A stretch of DNA of 57,853 bases from an uncultured Gammaproteobacteria bacterium. GTDB taxonomy: Bacteria; Patescibacteriota; Microgenomatia; Levybacterales; UBA12049. Numbering within the stretch: position 1 is the stretch's first letter; the number at the start of each line of letters is the position of its first letter. The notes beneath the pieces were generated by a model. That model was not told the DNA's origin, searched no databases, and saw nothing but the letters and a program-made list of their open reading frames with translations. This document shows positions 42,511 to 51,012 of the stretch, piece by piece. Position numbers and translations under genes: made by a program. Location: contig CAZMGC010000002.1 of the NCBI GenBank assembly GCA_964565795.1, positions 1 through 57,853 on the forward strand, written 5' to 3'.

Positions 42511-42732
42511 ATGAAATTATCTGTAGTCGCTCATCCAAATGCTAAAAAAGAAAAAATTGAAGAAGATCTTTTGGGCACACTCCATGTATATGTAAATGAG
42601 CCTCCGCTTAATGGACGCGCAAATTCTGCAATCATAAATTCGCTTTCAAAACACTTTAAAATAAAACGATCAAATGTGATTTTAATTAGCGGCGAAAAAT
42701 CCAAGAATAAAGTATTTGAAATAATAAATTAA
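42511..42732 (+). CDS. DUF167 (YggU-like) protein
   Basis: KLSVVAHPNAKKEKI...HVYVNEPPLNGRANSAIINSLSKHFKIKRSNVILISGEKSKNK is typical DUF167. It has AT-rich native composition. Extended -10 TGcTAGAAT lies 6 nt from the ATG. Confidence 0.8.
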   Translation: MKLSVVAHPNAKKEKIEEDLLGTLHVYVNEPPLNGRANSAIINSLSKHFKIKRSNVILISGEKSKNKVFEIIN

Positions 42733-42735
42733 TTG

Positions 42736-43146
42736 TTACTTCGCGCGCATGCGATTGTTGCGGGGATTATGCTCTAATTCCACCAATCCCAAAGCTTCCA
42801 TAAGAGGAGGCATATACATCCCAAATCTTCCACGAAGTCCTTTTTTTAGTCCGTACCATCCACCGATAGGATTTTTGGGAGACCTAGCCCAAGCTTCCAC
42901 GGTCCCCTCTTTAGCTTCCTTTTGCTCATCTGCACTCCCGAGCTCCATCCAATCTCCATGTTTTTTTAGCATTTCATGAAGATCTTTTATAGCACGAAGA
43001 TCATAACTAAGAGTTGTGGATCCAACTACGCAAACAATCGCAGGCGGATTAAGACTTTCATCTTTATACATGGTGTATTCGCTAGTTCCAGGAGGGGTTT
43101 TTAATTTCCAGGGATTTTCTCGAGTTCCAAGATTTTTATCAGACAT
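42736..43146 (-). CDS. conserved hypothetical protein (136 aa)
   Basis: The blocks ENPWKLKTPPGTSEYTM, GDWMELGSADEQK and GGWYGLKKGLRGRFG...EHNPRNNRMRA look like a widely conserved uncharacterised family. This is from recollection, with no name assigned. Confidence 0.65.
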   Translation of the reverse strand: MSDKNLGTRENPWKLKTPPGTSEYTMYKDESLNPPAIVCVVGSTTLSYDLRAIKDLHEMLKKHGDWMELGSADEQKEAKEGTVEAWARSPKNPIGGWYGLKKGLRGRFGMYMPPLMEALGLVELEHNPRNNRMRAK

Positions 43147-43153
43147 ATCTGTT

Positions 43154-43182
43154 AATCTACATTTCTTTTACTTAAGTGTCAA
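43154..43182 (-). promoter_or_regulatory. consensus sigma70 promoter driving a leaderless start
   Basis: TTGACA, 17 nt, TAGATT, then 7 nt to ATG 43146. Confidence 0.6.
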
Positions 43183-43184
43183 GA

Positions 43185-43466
43185 TTAATTTATAGATTTA
43201 TCTGCAGGTGGTGGGACTGGATTTTGACGAAGAAGATCAAGCTCCTCCCCTAATGGTCTTGTGTCTGGTGTTATTTCTCCAGCTTGCGCAAGTCTTGCCA
43301 TCTCCTCCATCATTCTTATTGCTCCCCTTACGGCATTTCCGTCTCCAAGCAATCTTAAATCTCCCTGCGTAAATCCACCCTTTAGCCTAATAATCTTAAT
43401 AGGTTTTCGTGGTGAATCGAGAGGTTCGTCTGGATTTTTTGGTACTTCTTGTTCTTTTCCTGCCAT
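43185..43466 (-). CDS. hypothetical small protein (93 aa)
   Basis: ORF with its own promoter. No family recognised. Confidence 0.55.
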   Translation of the reverse strand: MAGKEQEVPKNPDEPLDSPRKPIKIIRLKGGFTQGDLRLLGDGNAVRGAIRMMEEMARLAQAGEITPDTRPLGEELDLLRQNPVPPPADKSIN

Positions 43467-43475
43467 ACACGAGGG

Positions 43476-43503
43476 ATTATATTCTTTTAGTTTATGCTGT
43501 CAA
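43476..43503 (-). promoter_or_regulatory. consensus sigma70 promoter driving a near-leaderless start
   Basis: TTGACA, 16 nt, TATAAT, then 9 nt to ATG 43466. Confidence 0.6.
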
Positions 43504-43509
43504 GGCAGA

Positions 43510-44025
43510 TTATTTTCCAAAAGTAGCTGTCACTGCTGTCGGCTGTGGAATTCCAAAGTGAGCAAGAGTTCCCCTGTTTTGTCCTTCATGATGCGCTTCA
43601 TGCGCTCTCATATCCTGAAGAACTGAAAAACCTGATAGACCTGGCTCTGAATATGGAATATCTACTCTTCTACCCCAATTCGCAGGATTTCTAAAGACTC
43701 TTTCAAGTCCCGCTGTTCCGCCGTCAAATAAAGCCAGTAATTCTTCTCGGGAAAGCGCTGAAAGATCAGGTAGTGCTTCTCTTTCTTCAGTTTCAAATGC
43801 TCTCAATCTAACATCTGCGTGTTTTACCTGATGCTCAAGATAAACTCTTTGAGATGCGATATCTACTCCTACAGCTTCACCGAATTGTGCTTCTGTTGTA
43901 ACTGAATAAGCTACTTTATTCGCTCTACGTAAAATTAAAAGCATGTCTACGGATCTATCTATTTCATCTACTAAGGCTTCTGGAATAAGTACTTGCTCAT
44001 GATGTGAACCTGCTTCTGCTGTCAT
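43510..44025 (-). CDS. DinB/YfiT-like (DinB_2) putative metalloenzyme
   Basis: A helical bundle with His ligands. The C-terminal HEAHHEGQ motif is typical of the DinB superfamily. Confidence 0.65.
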   Translation of the reverse strand: MTAEAGSHHEQVLIPEALVDEIDRSVDMLLILRRANKVAYSVTTEAQFGEAVGVDIASQRVYLEHQVKHADVRLRAFETEEREALPDLSALSREELLALFDGGTAGLERVFRNPANWGRRVDIPYSEPGLSGFSVLQDMRAHEAHHEGQNRGTLAHFGIPQPTAVTATFGK

Positions 44026-44031
44026 GCCATA

Positions 44032-44059
44032 ATTATAAGCTCTTTAACCTCGAAGTCAA
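44032..44059 (-). promoter_or_regulatory. consensus sigma70 promoter driving a leaderless start
   Basis: TTGACT, 16 nt, TATAAT, then 6 nt to ATG 44025. Confidence 0.65.
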
Positions 44060-44073
44060 GGCAAGAGCTTTGG

Positions 44074-44102
44074 TTGACAGGAATAATTAAAAGTAGTATA
44101 AA
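44074..44102 (+). promoter_or_regulatory. consensus sigma70 promoter driving a leaderless start
   Basis: TTGACA, 17 nt, TATAAA, then 8 nt to ATG 44111. It is back-to-back with the 44032-44059 promoter. Confidence 0.65.
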
Positions 44103-44110
44103 AATCCACT

Positions 44111-44734
44111 ATGGTAGATTTAGAGCCCAGAAGAAAACGTGGTAAAGAAAAAGATCCTGTAAATTGGCTCGCTATTGATGAAGCTATTGTTTTAAAGCTT
44201 GCTGAACCAGATCCAGAAGATCCAGATAAGAGAAGATATCCAGAGATTGATCAAGCTTTAGCTGAAGCAGTTATCGATGGCGTGGACAAATCGGGACTAT
44301 CAGAAGCTCACATAGAACGGATAAGGGATGGGATGCTTAAAAGAATAATCGACGCAAAAGCACTAACTTTAGCTAGAATTAACAACTATCGGTATTTAAC
44401 CACAAATGTAGAAAGGGCGAGAATGGATGCCTTTCTAGCAACTCTCCGCGACTTAAATCCTGCGACATCATTTGAATCTATGTCTGACTATGCAGCTCTA
44501 TTTACTCAGGAAGTAGCTCGCCCTGTACAACAGGATTCTCAAGTTACATACATAGACCCTACCGCTCCTCCAAAATTTGATCCTGATAGACCCATCGCAC
44601 CTGGTAATTTTTTAGATCATGTTCTCGGAAAAGAAGTGCAAAGATACATCGGGGATCCTCCAAAACCTACTGGAGCCAAAGTGTATTCAAGTCCCCTTCC
44701 AAACAACCATAGAGTTATGGGAAGTAAATATTAA
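44111..44734 (+). CDS. hypothetical protein (207 aa), G+C-richer
   Basis: Long ORF. No family recognised. Confidence 0.6.
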   Translation: MVDLEPRRKRGKEKDPVNWLAIDEAIVLKLAEPDPEDPDKRRYPEIDQALAEAVIDGVDKSGLSEAHIERIRDGMLKRIIDAKALTLARINNYRYLTTNVERARMDAFLATLRDLNPATSFESMSDYAALFTQEVARPVQQDSQVTYIDPTAPPKFDPDRPIAPGNFLDHVLGKEVQRYIGDPPKPTGAKVYSSPLPNNHRVMGSKY

Positions 44735-44763
44735 TACTTTCAATTATTTTATTTAGAAATGAA

Positions 44764-44934
44764 TCAGAGGCTAAGCATCTTCATCACTTCGTAAACAAAA
44801 ACTCCTGGCCAAAATAATGCCTTAATAAGACCCCATACTGTTTCCTGAAATCCAGATGTTACCTGAATATAATAAATCGCGGCTCCTATTATTCCAGTGC
44901 AATAAATTGCGGAGAGACCTGCATTATCTTTCAT
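44764..44934 (-). CDS. small membrane protein (56 aa), not in ORF track
   Basis: A strong SD TAAGGAGGTG lies 6 nt upstream of the ATG. Translation is MKDNAGLSAIYCTGIIGAAIYYIQVTSGFQETVWGLIKALFWPGVFVYEVMKMLSL, with two hydrophobic helices. Confidence 0.6.
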   Translation of the reverse strand: MKDNAGLSAIYCTGIIGAAIYYIQVTSGFQETVWGLIKALFWPGVFVYEVMKMLSL

Positions 44935-44962
44935 AATTCTCACCTCCTTAAAAAATCTTGAA

Positions 44963-45451
44963 CTATAAACTTAATTTTACGAAACCTAAATTTCCGGGAT
45001 TTGCCGCTGCTTTAATTTTTCCACTATCATCATTCATCTCATTACTCAGTATAACTCTTGTTGGATGCTCTCCGGGTGATTCTAAAATACTGTAAATGGG
45101 ATTTACATAAGATGTCCTAATTCCCCCGTTCGTCATTAGAAATAGTTCATTTGCTACAAACCCAGAAAAACCTGTAATTCTATCATTCACAGAGCCATTT
45201 TTAGTTAAAATCAAATCGATTTTTTCTCCGACCACCTGCCCATCCAAAAATGAATCAACGACTTGTCCTAAAAGTAATGCCTCCTGGCCACCGAATAAAA
45301 CTCTGGTTCTACTATTTACATCTGGTAAAATTCCTAAAATTTCAGCTACTACTTGTCTTTGGTCAGGGGTCAGAAGTCTAGCAATTCTTTCATGCTTTGC
45401 CATTTCAGCTTCCCTTACCATAAATCTTCTATAAGCTTCGTTGAAAACCAC
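44963..45451 (-). CDS. hypothetical protein (162 aa; GTG start as listed, ATG 45421 possible)
   Basis: Long ORF. The promoter is positioned for the GTG start. Confidence 0.55.
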   Translation of the reverse strand: MVFNEAYRRFMVREAEMAKHERIARLLTPDQRQVVAEILGILPDVNSRTRVLFGGQEALLLGQVVDSFLDGQVVGEKIDLILTKNGSVNDRITGFSGFVANELFLMTNGGIRTSYVNPIYSILESPGEHPTRVILSNEMNDDSGKIKAAANPGNLGFVKLSL

Positions 45452-45459
45452 TAAGATTC

Positions 45460-45488
45460 AAAATACTCCTTAAATTAATCCAAGTCAA
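45460..45488 (-). promoter_or_regulatory. sigma70 promoter
   Basis: TTGACT, 17 nt, TATTTT, then 8 nt to GTG 45451. Confidence 0.5.
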
Positions 45489-45501
45489 TTTAAGTATAAA
45501 T

Positions 45502-46068
45502 TTATGCGGATCTTAAAAATTGCCTAACATCTTGGTTAAGAGGCCCAATAAAGCTTTTTATAGTATCAGCAGTTCTTGGAGCTAAGGCTCCCGGTATTTT
45601 ATCTCTATCCATTCTGGAAATATCAGGGTACGCAGCTAAAGCTTTTTCGTGCATATTTAATGCTTCGCTTAATCCCATCCAAGCAATTCTATCATGCTCG
45701 TTTGGAGCTGCATTTACCGGATTAAGTCCCGTCGCATCTAGTAAAAAGGATCTTATATTTATCTCCCGACTATGAATTTTTCCTCCATGTATTTCAGATA
45801 AAACAGATGCTGAATCCTTTACATGTAATAGATCACTCCTCTTAATTACAATCCCCAATTCTTCCCATGCTTCTCTTCTTGCGGTGTCTATTAGCGCTTC
45901 TCCTTTTTCTCGCATTCCACCAAAAAAAGCCCACTGATCCCTAAAAGAACTTGTATTGCGATGTCCCAGTAAAACTTCAAGCTCTATTTCCCCAGCTCTT
46001 ACTGGAATTACTTGAGACCCCACTAAAATCACTCTTCTCATTTCTGGAGTTTTTAATCTTTCAGACAT
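45502..46068 (-). CDS. Nudix hydrolase, G+C-richer
   Basis: The Nudix box is GGMREKGEALIDTARREAWEELG. The start is placed at MSERLK (46068), because the listed ATG 46080 lies inside the -10 hexamer. Confidence 0.8.
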   Translation of the reverse strand: MSERLKTPEMRRVILVGSQVIPVRAGEIELEVLLGHRNTSSFRDQWAFFGGMREKGEALIDTARREAWEELGIVIKRSDLLHVKDSASVLSEIHGGKIHSREINIRSFLLDATGLNPVNAAPNEHDRIAWMGLSEALNMHEKALAAYPDISRMDRDKIPGALAPRTADTIKSFIGPLNQDVRQFLRSA

Positions 46069-46077
46069 AGAACTGTT

Positions 46078-46106
46078 CATTATCCCAGCTTTTTAAAATG
46101 TGTCAA
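46078..46106 (-). promoter_or_regulatory. sigma70 promoter
   Basis: TTGACA, 17 nt, ATAATG, then 9 nt to ATG 46068. Confidence 0.55.
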
Positions 46107-46136
46107 GATAATTTTATCGTTTAAAAATCATTTCTA

Positions 46137-46165
46137 TTGACAATGAATACTCACCCAAATAGAAT
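46137..46165 (+). promoter_or_regulatory. consensus sigma70 promoter
   Basis: TTGACA, 17 nt, TAGAAT, then 24 nt to ATG 46190. Confidence 0.55.
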
Positions 46166-46189
46166 CTCTTTACCTCTGCTCGTAAACCT

Positions 46190-47440
46190 ATGAAACCGAT
46201 TACACCTTTTGGCTTACCTATTGGAATAAGTGTAACTATATGGACACTTGTTGGATTAATTAGATTTTTATCAGAAAAACTAATTAAACCAAAAAAGACG
46301 AAAAAGAAAAATAGATTTAAACCCGAGGACATCGCGGTAGTCATCCCTGCGCATAATGAGGAAATAATAATTAGAAAATGCGTAAAAGCAGTTAAAGTTT
46401 TTTTACCTGCGAATCAAATATATGTTATTTCGGATGGATCTACAGATAAAACTTACAGTAATGCGAAAAAAGAAAAATGTCATGTTGCAAAGTTAAAACC
46501 AGGACGAGGAAAAGCAAGAGCCTTAAAATACTTATTTAAAGAATACAGATTATTTGAAAGATACAAATTAATTTTAATAGTTGATGCAGATACGAAAATG
46601 GATAAAGACACACTTAAGTTTGCTTTGCCTATGTTTAATGATAAAGATATAAAAGTTGTTTTTGCTAGTTCGCAAATAAAATGGCCAAAACATATAATGC
46701 CTCGAAGAAAATTATATTATGTTGCATATAGGGATAGACTAAATAGACTTCTCCAGTATTGTTTTGTGTATGGACAAACTTGGAAATACACAAATGTTAA
46801 CTACGTAATTCCAGGATTTGCAACCATGTATAGATCAGATGCATTAAAAAAACTTGAGATTGATACACCAGGTTTACTAATCGAAGATTTTAACTTAGCT
46901 TTTCAATTTCACAAAAAAAAGTTAGGGAAAATTGGCTATGAGCCAAGAATGATCGGTTGGGATCAATACCCCGAATCATTCGTAGATTACTGGAAACAAG
47001 TAAGACGCTGGAATATAGGTTTTTTCCAAACAGTTAAAAAAAATAAAATTTGGCCAAGTATGTTCTGGGTTGCACTAGGAATTTTTTCATTAGAGATATT
47101 ACTCCACTCTTTATTCCTATTAATCTTGCCGTTAGTGCTATTATCAACCCTTTCGAATTTTATAAATATCGGACCTTTTTCAGGAATGATAAATATTTAT
47201 GAGTCTTTACCTTTTTATGAAAGCTACTCTATTTTTGATCTTTTCATAAGTATCTTTTTTATAGATTATATATTTACAATAATCATTGGTATCTGGAACA
47301 GAAAACCGCAGTATTTAATTTATGGTTTCTTTTTTATTTTTATGCACTATGCAACGTCCCTTATCCTCTTGTCTTCAATCTATCCAGGGTTCTTTGGAAA
47401 TTCGAGTGGAAAATGGATATCACCAAAAAGACAGGCTTAA
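46190..47440 (+). CDS. membrane-embedded processive family-2 glycosyltransferase
   Basis: VVIPAHNEE, ISDGSTDKT and VDADT are present, along with the Q(V)RRW motif (KQVRRWNIG). TM helices flank the catalytic domain, as in chitin, PNAG and cellulose synthases. Confidence 0.8.
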   Translation: MKPITPFGLPIGISVTIWTLVGLIRFLSEKLIKPKKTKKKNRFKPEDIAVVIPAHNEEIIIRKCVKAVKVFLPANQIYVISDGSTDKTYSNAKKEKCHVAKLKPGRGKARALKYLFKEYRLFERYKLILIVDADTKMDKDTLKFALPMFNDKDIKVVFASSQIKWPKHIMPRRKLYYVAYRDRLNRLLQYCFVYGQTWKYTNVNYVIPGFATMYRSDALKKLEIDTPGLLIEDFNLAFQFHKKKLGKIGYEPRMIGWDQYPESFVDYWKQVRRWNIGFFQTVKKNKIWPSMFWVALGIFSLEILLHSLFLLILPLVLLSTLSNFINIGPFSGMINIYESLPFYESYSIFDLFISIFFIDYIFTIIIGIWNRKPQYLIYGFFFIFMHYATSLILLSSIYPGFFGNSSGKWISPKRQA

Positions 47441-47446
47441 GATAAA

Positions 47447-48571
47447 TTAGTCATCTAAATTTTCAAGAACTTTCCAGACGCTTTGGTCTTCGTTTCCAAG
47501 CCGCCAAAAAGTTATGCCAGTAAAATTAGCTTTTTTAGCTAATTGTGCCTTCGCATATACACTTTGCGCATTTTCAAACCATACTTCATGTGTTCCATAT
47601 TTAAAAGTTGGAGATTTTTGAAAGTCATCAAATTCGGCTTCATCTTTTTCATTCTCTAAAAGCTCAGATACCTCTTTAAAAGTTAATCCTTTTGCGGGTT
47701 TATCTGTAGACTTATCCCAATCATACCCATACAGTGGTATTCCCAAGAAAATCTTTTCCTGTGGAATTCCAATTGACTGAGAATAACCAATTATTTTTTT
47801 TACCCAACCAATACTTGCAATTGGACCAGGATCATCCTCGTCTGTATGCTCACTGTATCCCATTATCTGTATTTGATCCGAATATTGAGCCAATTTAACC
47901 CAATCCTGAAACCTTGAAACACTTTCTCCTTTTATATTTTCTCCTGTTTTCGGATGTAGAACAGTAGTCAAAATTTTATTTTCATTTTTTAATTCAATCG
48001 ATAATCTTCTTATAAATTCTGAATATTTATCTTTTGTGTCCGAATCAAGCAATTCATAATCAATTATTATTCCATCAAAATTAAACTCACTTAACACCTC
48101 CGTTATATTTTCAATGTGCTTTTGTGTTAATGCTTCACTGTATATTATCTTCTCTACTCTTTTTGAGCTCCAACTATCTGGATTTTCTGGCAAATTTGTA
48201 ATTACCGCACTGACTTTTACATTATTTTCATGAGCAAGCTCAATTAAATCTCTGTCCTCTTCTGCATAACTATATTTAACAACTTCCCCATTTTCTCCTA
48301 TGTAATATAAAAATAAATTAATATAGTCAAAGGAAGAAATATTATCCTTAAAAGATTCAACTGCTGCTTCTTCATCCCAATAAGGAATAGAACCTTTTAT
48401 CAAAAATGGTCTATTATTTATGGTTGGTGTTATTATACTTTTCACTTCTTTCGTATTTGAATTTTCTTTAGTTAAATTTGAACTTCGTAATATGGCTAAG
48501 CCAGTCCAAAAAAAGATTAGAATTAAAACCAATACGAGAAGCTTTTCGTATTTGAAAAGTTTTCTCATCAA
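47447..48571 (-). CDS. GH18-family (chitinase-like) glycoside hydrolase, membrane-anchored
   Basis: FDGIIIDYE corresponds to the GH18 DxxDxDxE block with the catalytic Glu retained. An N-terminal anchor is present. Confidence 0.75.
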   Translation of the reverse strand: MMRKLFKYEKLLVLVLILIFFWTGLAILRSSNLTKENSNTKEVKSIITPTINNRPFLIKGSIPYWDEEAAVESFKDNISSFDYINLFLYYIGENGEVVKYSYAEEDRDLIELAHENNVKVSAVITNLPENPDSWSSKRVEKIIYSEALTQKHIENITEVLSEFNFDGIIIDYELLDSDTKDKYSEFIRRLSIELKNENKILTTVLHPKTGENIKGESVSRFQDWVKLAQYSDQIQIMGYSEHTDEDDPGPIASIGWVKKIIGYSQSIGIPQEKIFLGIPLYGYDWDKSTDKPAKGLTFKEVSELLENEKDEAEFDDFQKSPTFKYGTHEVWFENAQSVYAKAQLAKKANFTGITFWRLGNEDQSVWKVLENLDD

Positions 48572-49404
48572 GAAATTAAAATTGAACGTGCTTCTTTTGC
48601 GGGTACATTAAAAAGGAGATCTAAAATAGATAGATTTGCAATAAATCCATGCTGCTTATTAAATAGTTGTGGATACTCCCTGCATTTCCAATCCTGTACT
48701 TTTATAGATATTCCATTATTTTCAAATAATGAATGATCTACATATGCTGACACCGCTGTTCCACCACAAAAATCTTCATTTGCACCAAGCTCCTTCATGA
48801 ATGCCACAATTTTTTCGTTAGTTTTAAGAGTTGGATCCTTTAAGCTTTCACTTTCTGATGACCTCTTAATTTCCCTAAGTCTTATTAGCTTATCCTTTGC
48901 CAATAGTTCAACCACTTTATCGATATTCAGCATATCTTTATCAAACTTTTTTACACCTATAATTTTCAAAAGACCCCAAAGAGTTGTAGATATGTTTAAA
49001 TCAGCTAAATTTTTGTGCTTTATTTTGAGCAATTCTTCTAACTCTGGAAAGATTTCATCAAACTGTGGAGACTTTGAGTATGCAACCTTAAATGTTTTTA
49101 AATGTCCCTCTATCCACTCAGAGCTATCTTCAATTTTAGTTGAAACGATAGGCAAAAACCCTTCGTGATGAATAGGAATTGATAATAAAAATCTGCCGAA
49201 TGACTGTTTTATGGGAGAATGCGCCTGATATGACTTATCTGTTCCCCCATCAGGATACTTATGTTTTCTAACGAACTGAGCCTCATCTCTAATTGCAAAA
49301 ACATCAGTATTTAATATCCTTGCAAAATAGTGAAGTCTTGGAAAGTACTGGGGCTGGATGCCGGAGTACCTCTTCGTTTTTATTGTCGTTCCGGCCTTTG
49401 TCAT
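48568..49404 (-). CDS. WbqC-like family protein
   Basis: The N-terminus IQPQYFPRLHYFARI...AIRDEAQF is characteristic of the WbqC family. Confidence 0.7.
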   Translation of the reverse strand: MTKAGTTIKTKRYSGIQPQYFPRLHYFARILNTDVFAIRDEAQFVRKHKYPDGGTDKSYQAHSPIKQSFGRFLLSIPIHHEGFLPIVSTKIEDSSEWIEGHLKTFKVAYSKSPQFDEIFPELEELLKIKHKNLADLNISTTLWGLLKIIGVKKFDKDMLNIDKVVELLAKDKLIRLREIKRSSESESLKDPTLKTNEKIVAFMKELGANEDFCGGTAVSAYVDHSLFENNGISIKVQDWKCREYPQLFNKQHGFIANLSILDLLFNVPAKEARSILIS

Positions 49405-49481
49405 TTCGTTTATCTTTTATATCTTTATTTGGAACATAGGTCAATACAATTTAATATATCAAAGTGGGTTACTTTTAAGAC

Positions 49482-50993
49482 TTAAAATCCTGGAAAATAG
49501 TCTGTGACAATTTTATGTGGCTTAATTCCTAAATTTCCTAACAATTTCTTATATCCTTCTACCATAGAAATAGGACCTGAGAGATAAAATGTTCTATTTA
49601 CATAATTAGGAACTTCTTTTTTTATTATTTCAGCCGTAAGTCTTCCTTTATATCCATTCCAATTTATATTTTCAAAATTTTTTGTAAGAATCGGAATAGT
49701 TTTTAAACCAAAAGGCTCGGCATTTTTAAAAACATCGTTATAAACAAAATTTTCTGGTTCTGAATTTGAGAAAAATAAAACAATATCTCTTTTTTCTTTT
49801 CTATCAATAATATACTTTGCCATACCTCTAAATGGAGTTACACCAATTCCACCTGCTATAAAAACTAATTTTTCTTCTGTGTTTTTTGGAATTGTAAAAT
49901 CACCTGAAAGATTTCCTGCATAAATTTTTTGCCCTGGAGAAAGCTTTAATAGAGAATTTTTAAAACTGCTCCCCTTAGTACTTTCTATTCTAACTCCAAG
50001 TTTTACATCTTTTTCCGTAGGACTTGATGAAATCGTGAAATACCTTCTTACTCCCCTGGAATCTGGTCTACGATGACCAAGTGTCCATTCAAAATATTGA
50101 CCCGGAAGAAAAGATAATGATTTTGGTTTTTTAAAAACAAACTCATAAATATTTGGAGAAAGTTGAATTTTTTCGATAAATTCCAAAATCAATCTTTTTC
50201 TAAAACTTACAAAATAAGAAAATATATTTCCTAAAACTAATGCAGTTTCAGAGGTCATGTAAAATGGCCCAATATTAAATTGCACACCTGTTAAAAATCC
50301 CACTAAAGCACCATAAATAATTTGGAGACGTCTACTTGGAGGCATAGTCAAAGGCTCAGTCAGCATGACAGTTCCTAAAAATAATAACGGCCAGGATGGA
50401 ATAGCCTGGCTTAAAATTTTTATAACATCTGAACCATTTAGTATTGCGGAAATCGAGATTGATAAAACTGCGAAAATAAAATAAGAAATAAAAAGAGAAA
50501 ATTTTCTAACTTTTCTTACTATTAAAAGTCCGATGACGAGAACAAATGGAAAAAGAAAAGTATTTCCAATCCACCATTCTCCCTGATATGCGCCAAATAA
50601 ACCCATTAACACTAACGAAAACGCCGCGGGGTTAAAAAAGTGTTTTTTATGAAGCGCTAGAATATACTTGGAACCCATCGCAATTGCGGAGAATAAAATA
50701 TAATTTAAAGGAGATCCTCCAAATTCGTATGGTGTGAGAATTAAAAAAAGAATCAAGCCCGTGATAGCGAAAGATTCAAGATTTGTTTGGACTTTAAAAA
50801 TCTTTGCAAATATAAAATTTGAAATAAAACACGAGAGAAGAATTAAAACCAAACTAGAAATTAGATTAAGAGTTGGAAATGGAACAATTCCAACTCCTGA
50901 AAAGAAAATGGAAATGCACGCAAGAAAAATTAGTCCGTACAAAACAACGCGGTAGGTTGTAAAACTGTTTAGGAGGTTATCTATTGCTCTCAT
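49482..50993 (-). CDS. fusion of RnfD/NqrB-like membrane domain and ferredoxin-NADP-reductase-like FAD/NAD(P) domain
   Basis: The N-domain has HFFNPAA and MLTEPLTMP (RnfD/NqrB-like). The C-domain has RRYFTISS (FAD RxYS) and FIAGGIGVTPF (NAD-binding). Confidence 0.7.
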   Translation of the reverse strand: MRAIDNLLNSFTTYRVVLYGLIFLACISIFFSGVGIVPFPTLNLISSLVLILLSCFISNFIFAKIFKVQTNLESFAITGLILFLILTPYEFGGSPLNYILFSAIAMGSKYILALHKKHFFNPAAFSLVLMGLFGAYQGEWWIGNTFLFPFVLVIGLLIVRKVRKFSLFISYFIFAVLSISISAILNGSDVIKILSQAIPSWPLLFLGTVMLTEPLTMPPSRRLQIIYGALVGFLTGVQFNIGPFYMTSETALVLGNIFSYFVSFRKRLILEFIEKIQLSPNIYEFVFKKPKSLSFLPGQYFEWTLGHRRPDSRGVRRYFTISSSPTEKDVKLGVRIESTKGSSFKNSLLKLSPGQKIYAGNLSGDFTIPKNTEEKLVFIAGGIGVTPFRGMAKYIIDRKEKRDIVLFFSNSEPENFVYNDVFKNAEPFGLKTIPILTKNFENINWNGYKGRLTAEIIKKEVPNYVNRTFYLSGPISMVEGYKKLLGNLGIKPHKIVTDYFPGF

Positions 50994-51012
50994 TTTATTA
51001 TTGTACTAAATT

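Noticed and set aside
38880-46106. Calling the 38.9-46.1-kb island a prophage or an integrative element.
   Set aside because: There is no integrase, no att-like direct repeats at the borders that I could find, and no phage-like genes. An AT-rich native gene (DUF167) interrupts it. Horizontal origin remains a hypothesis only.
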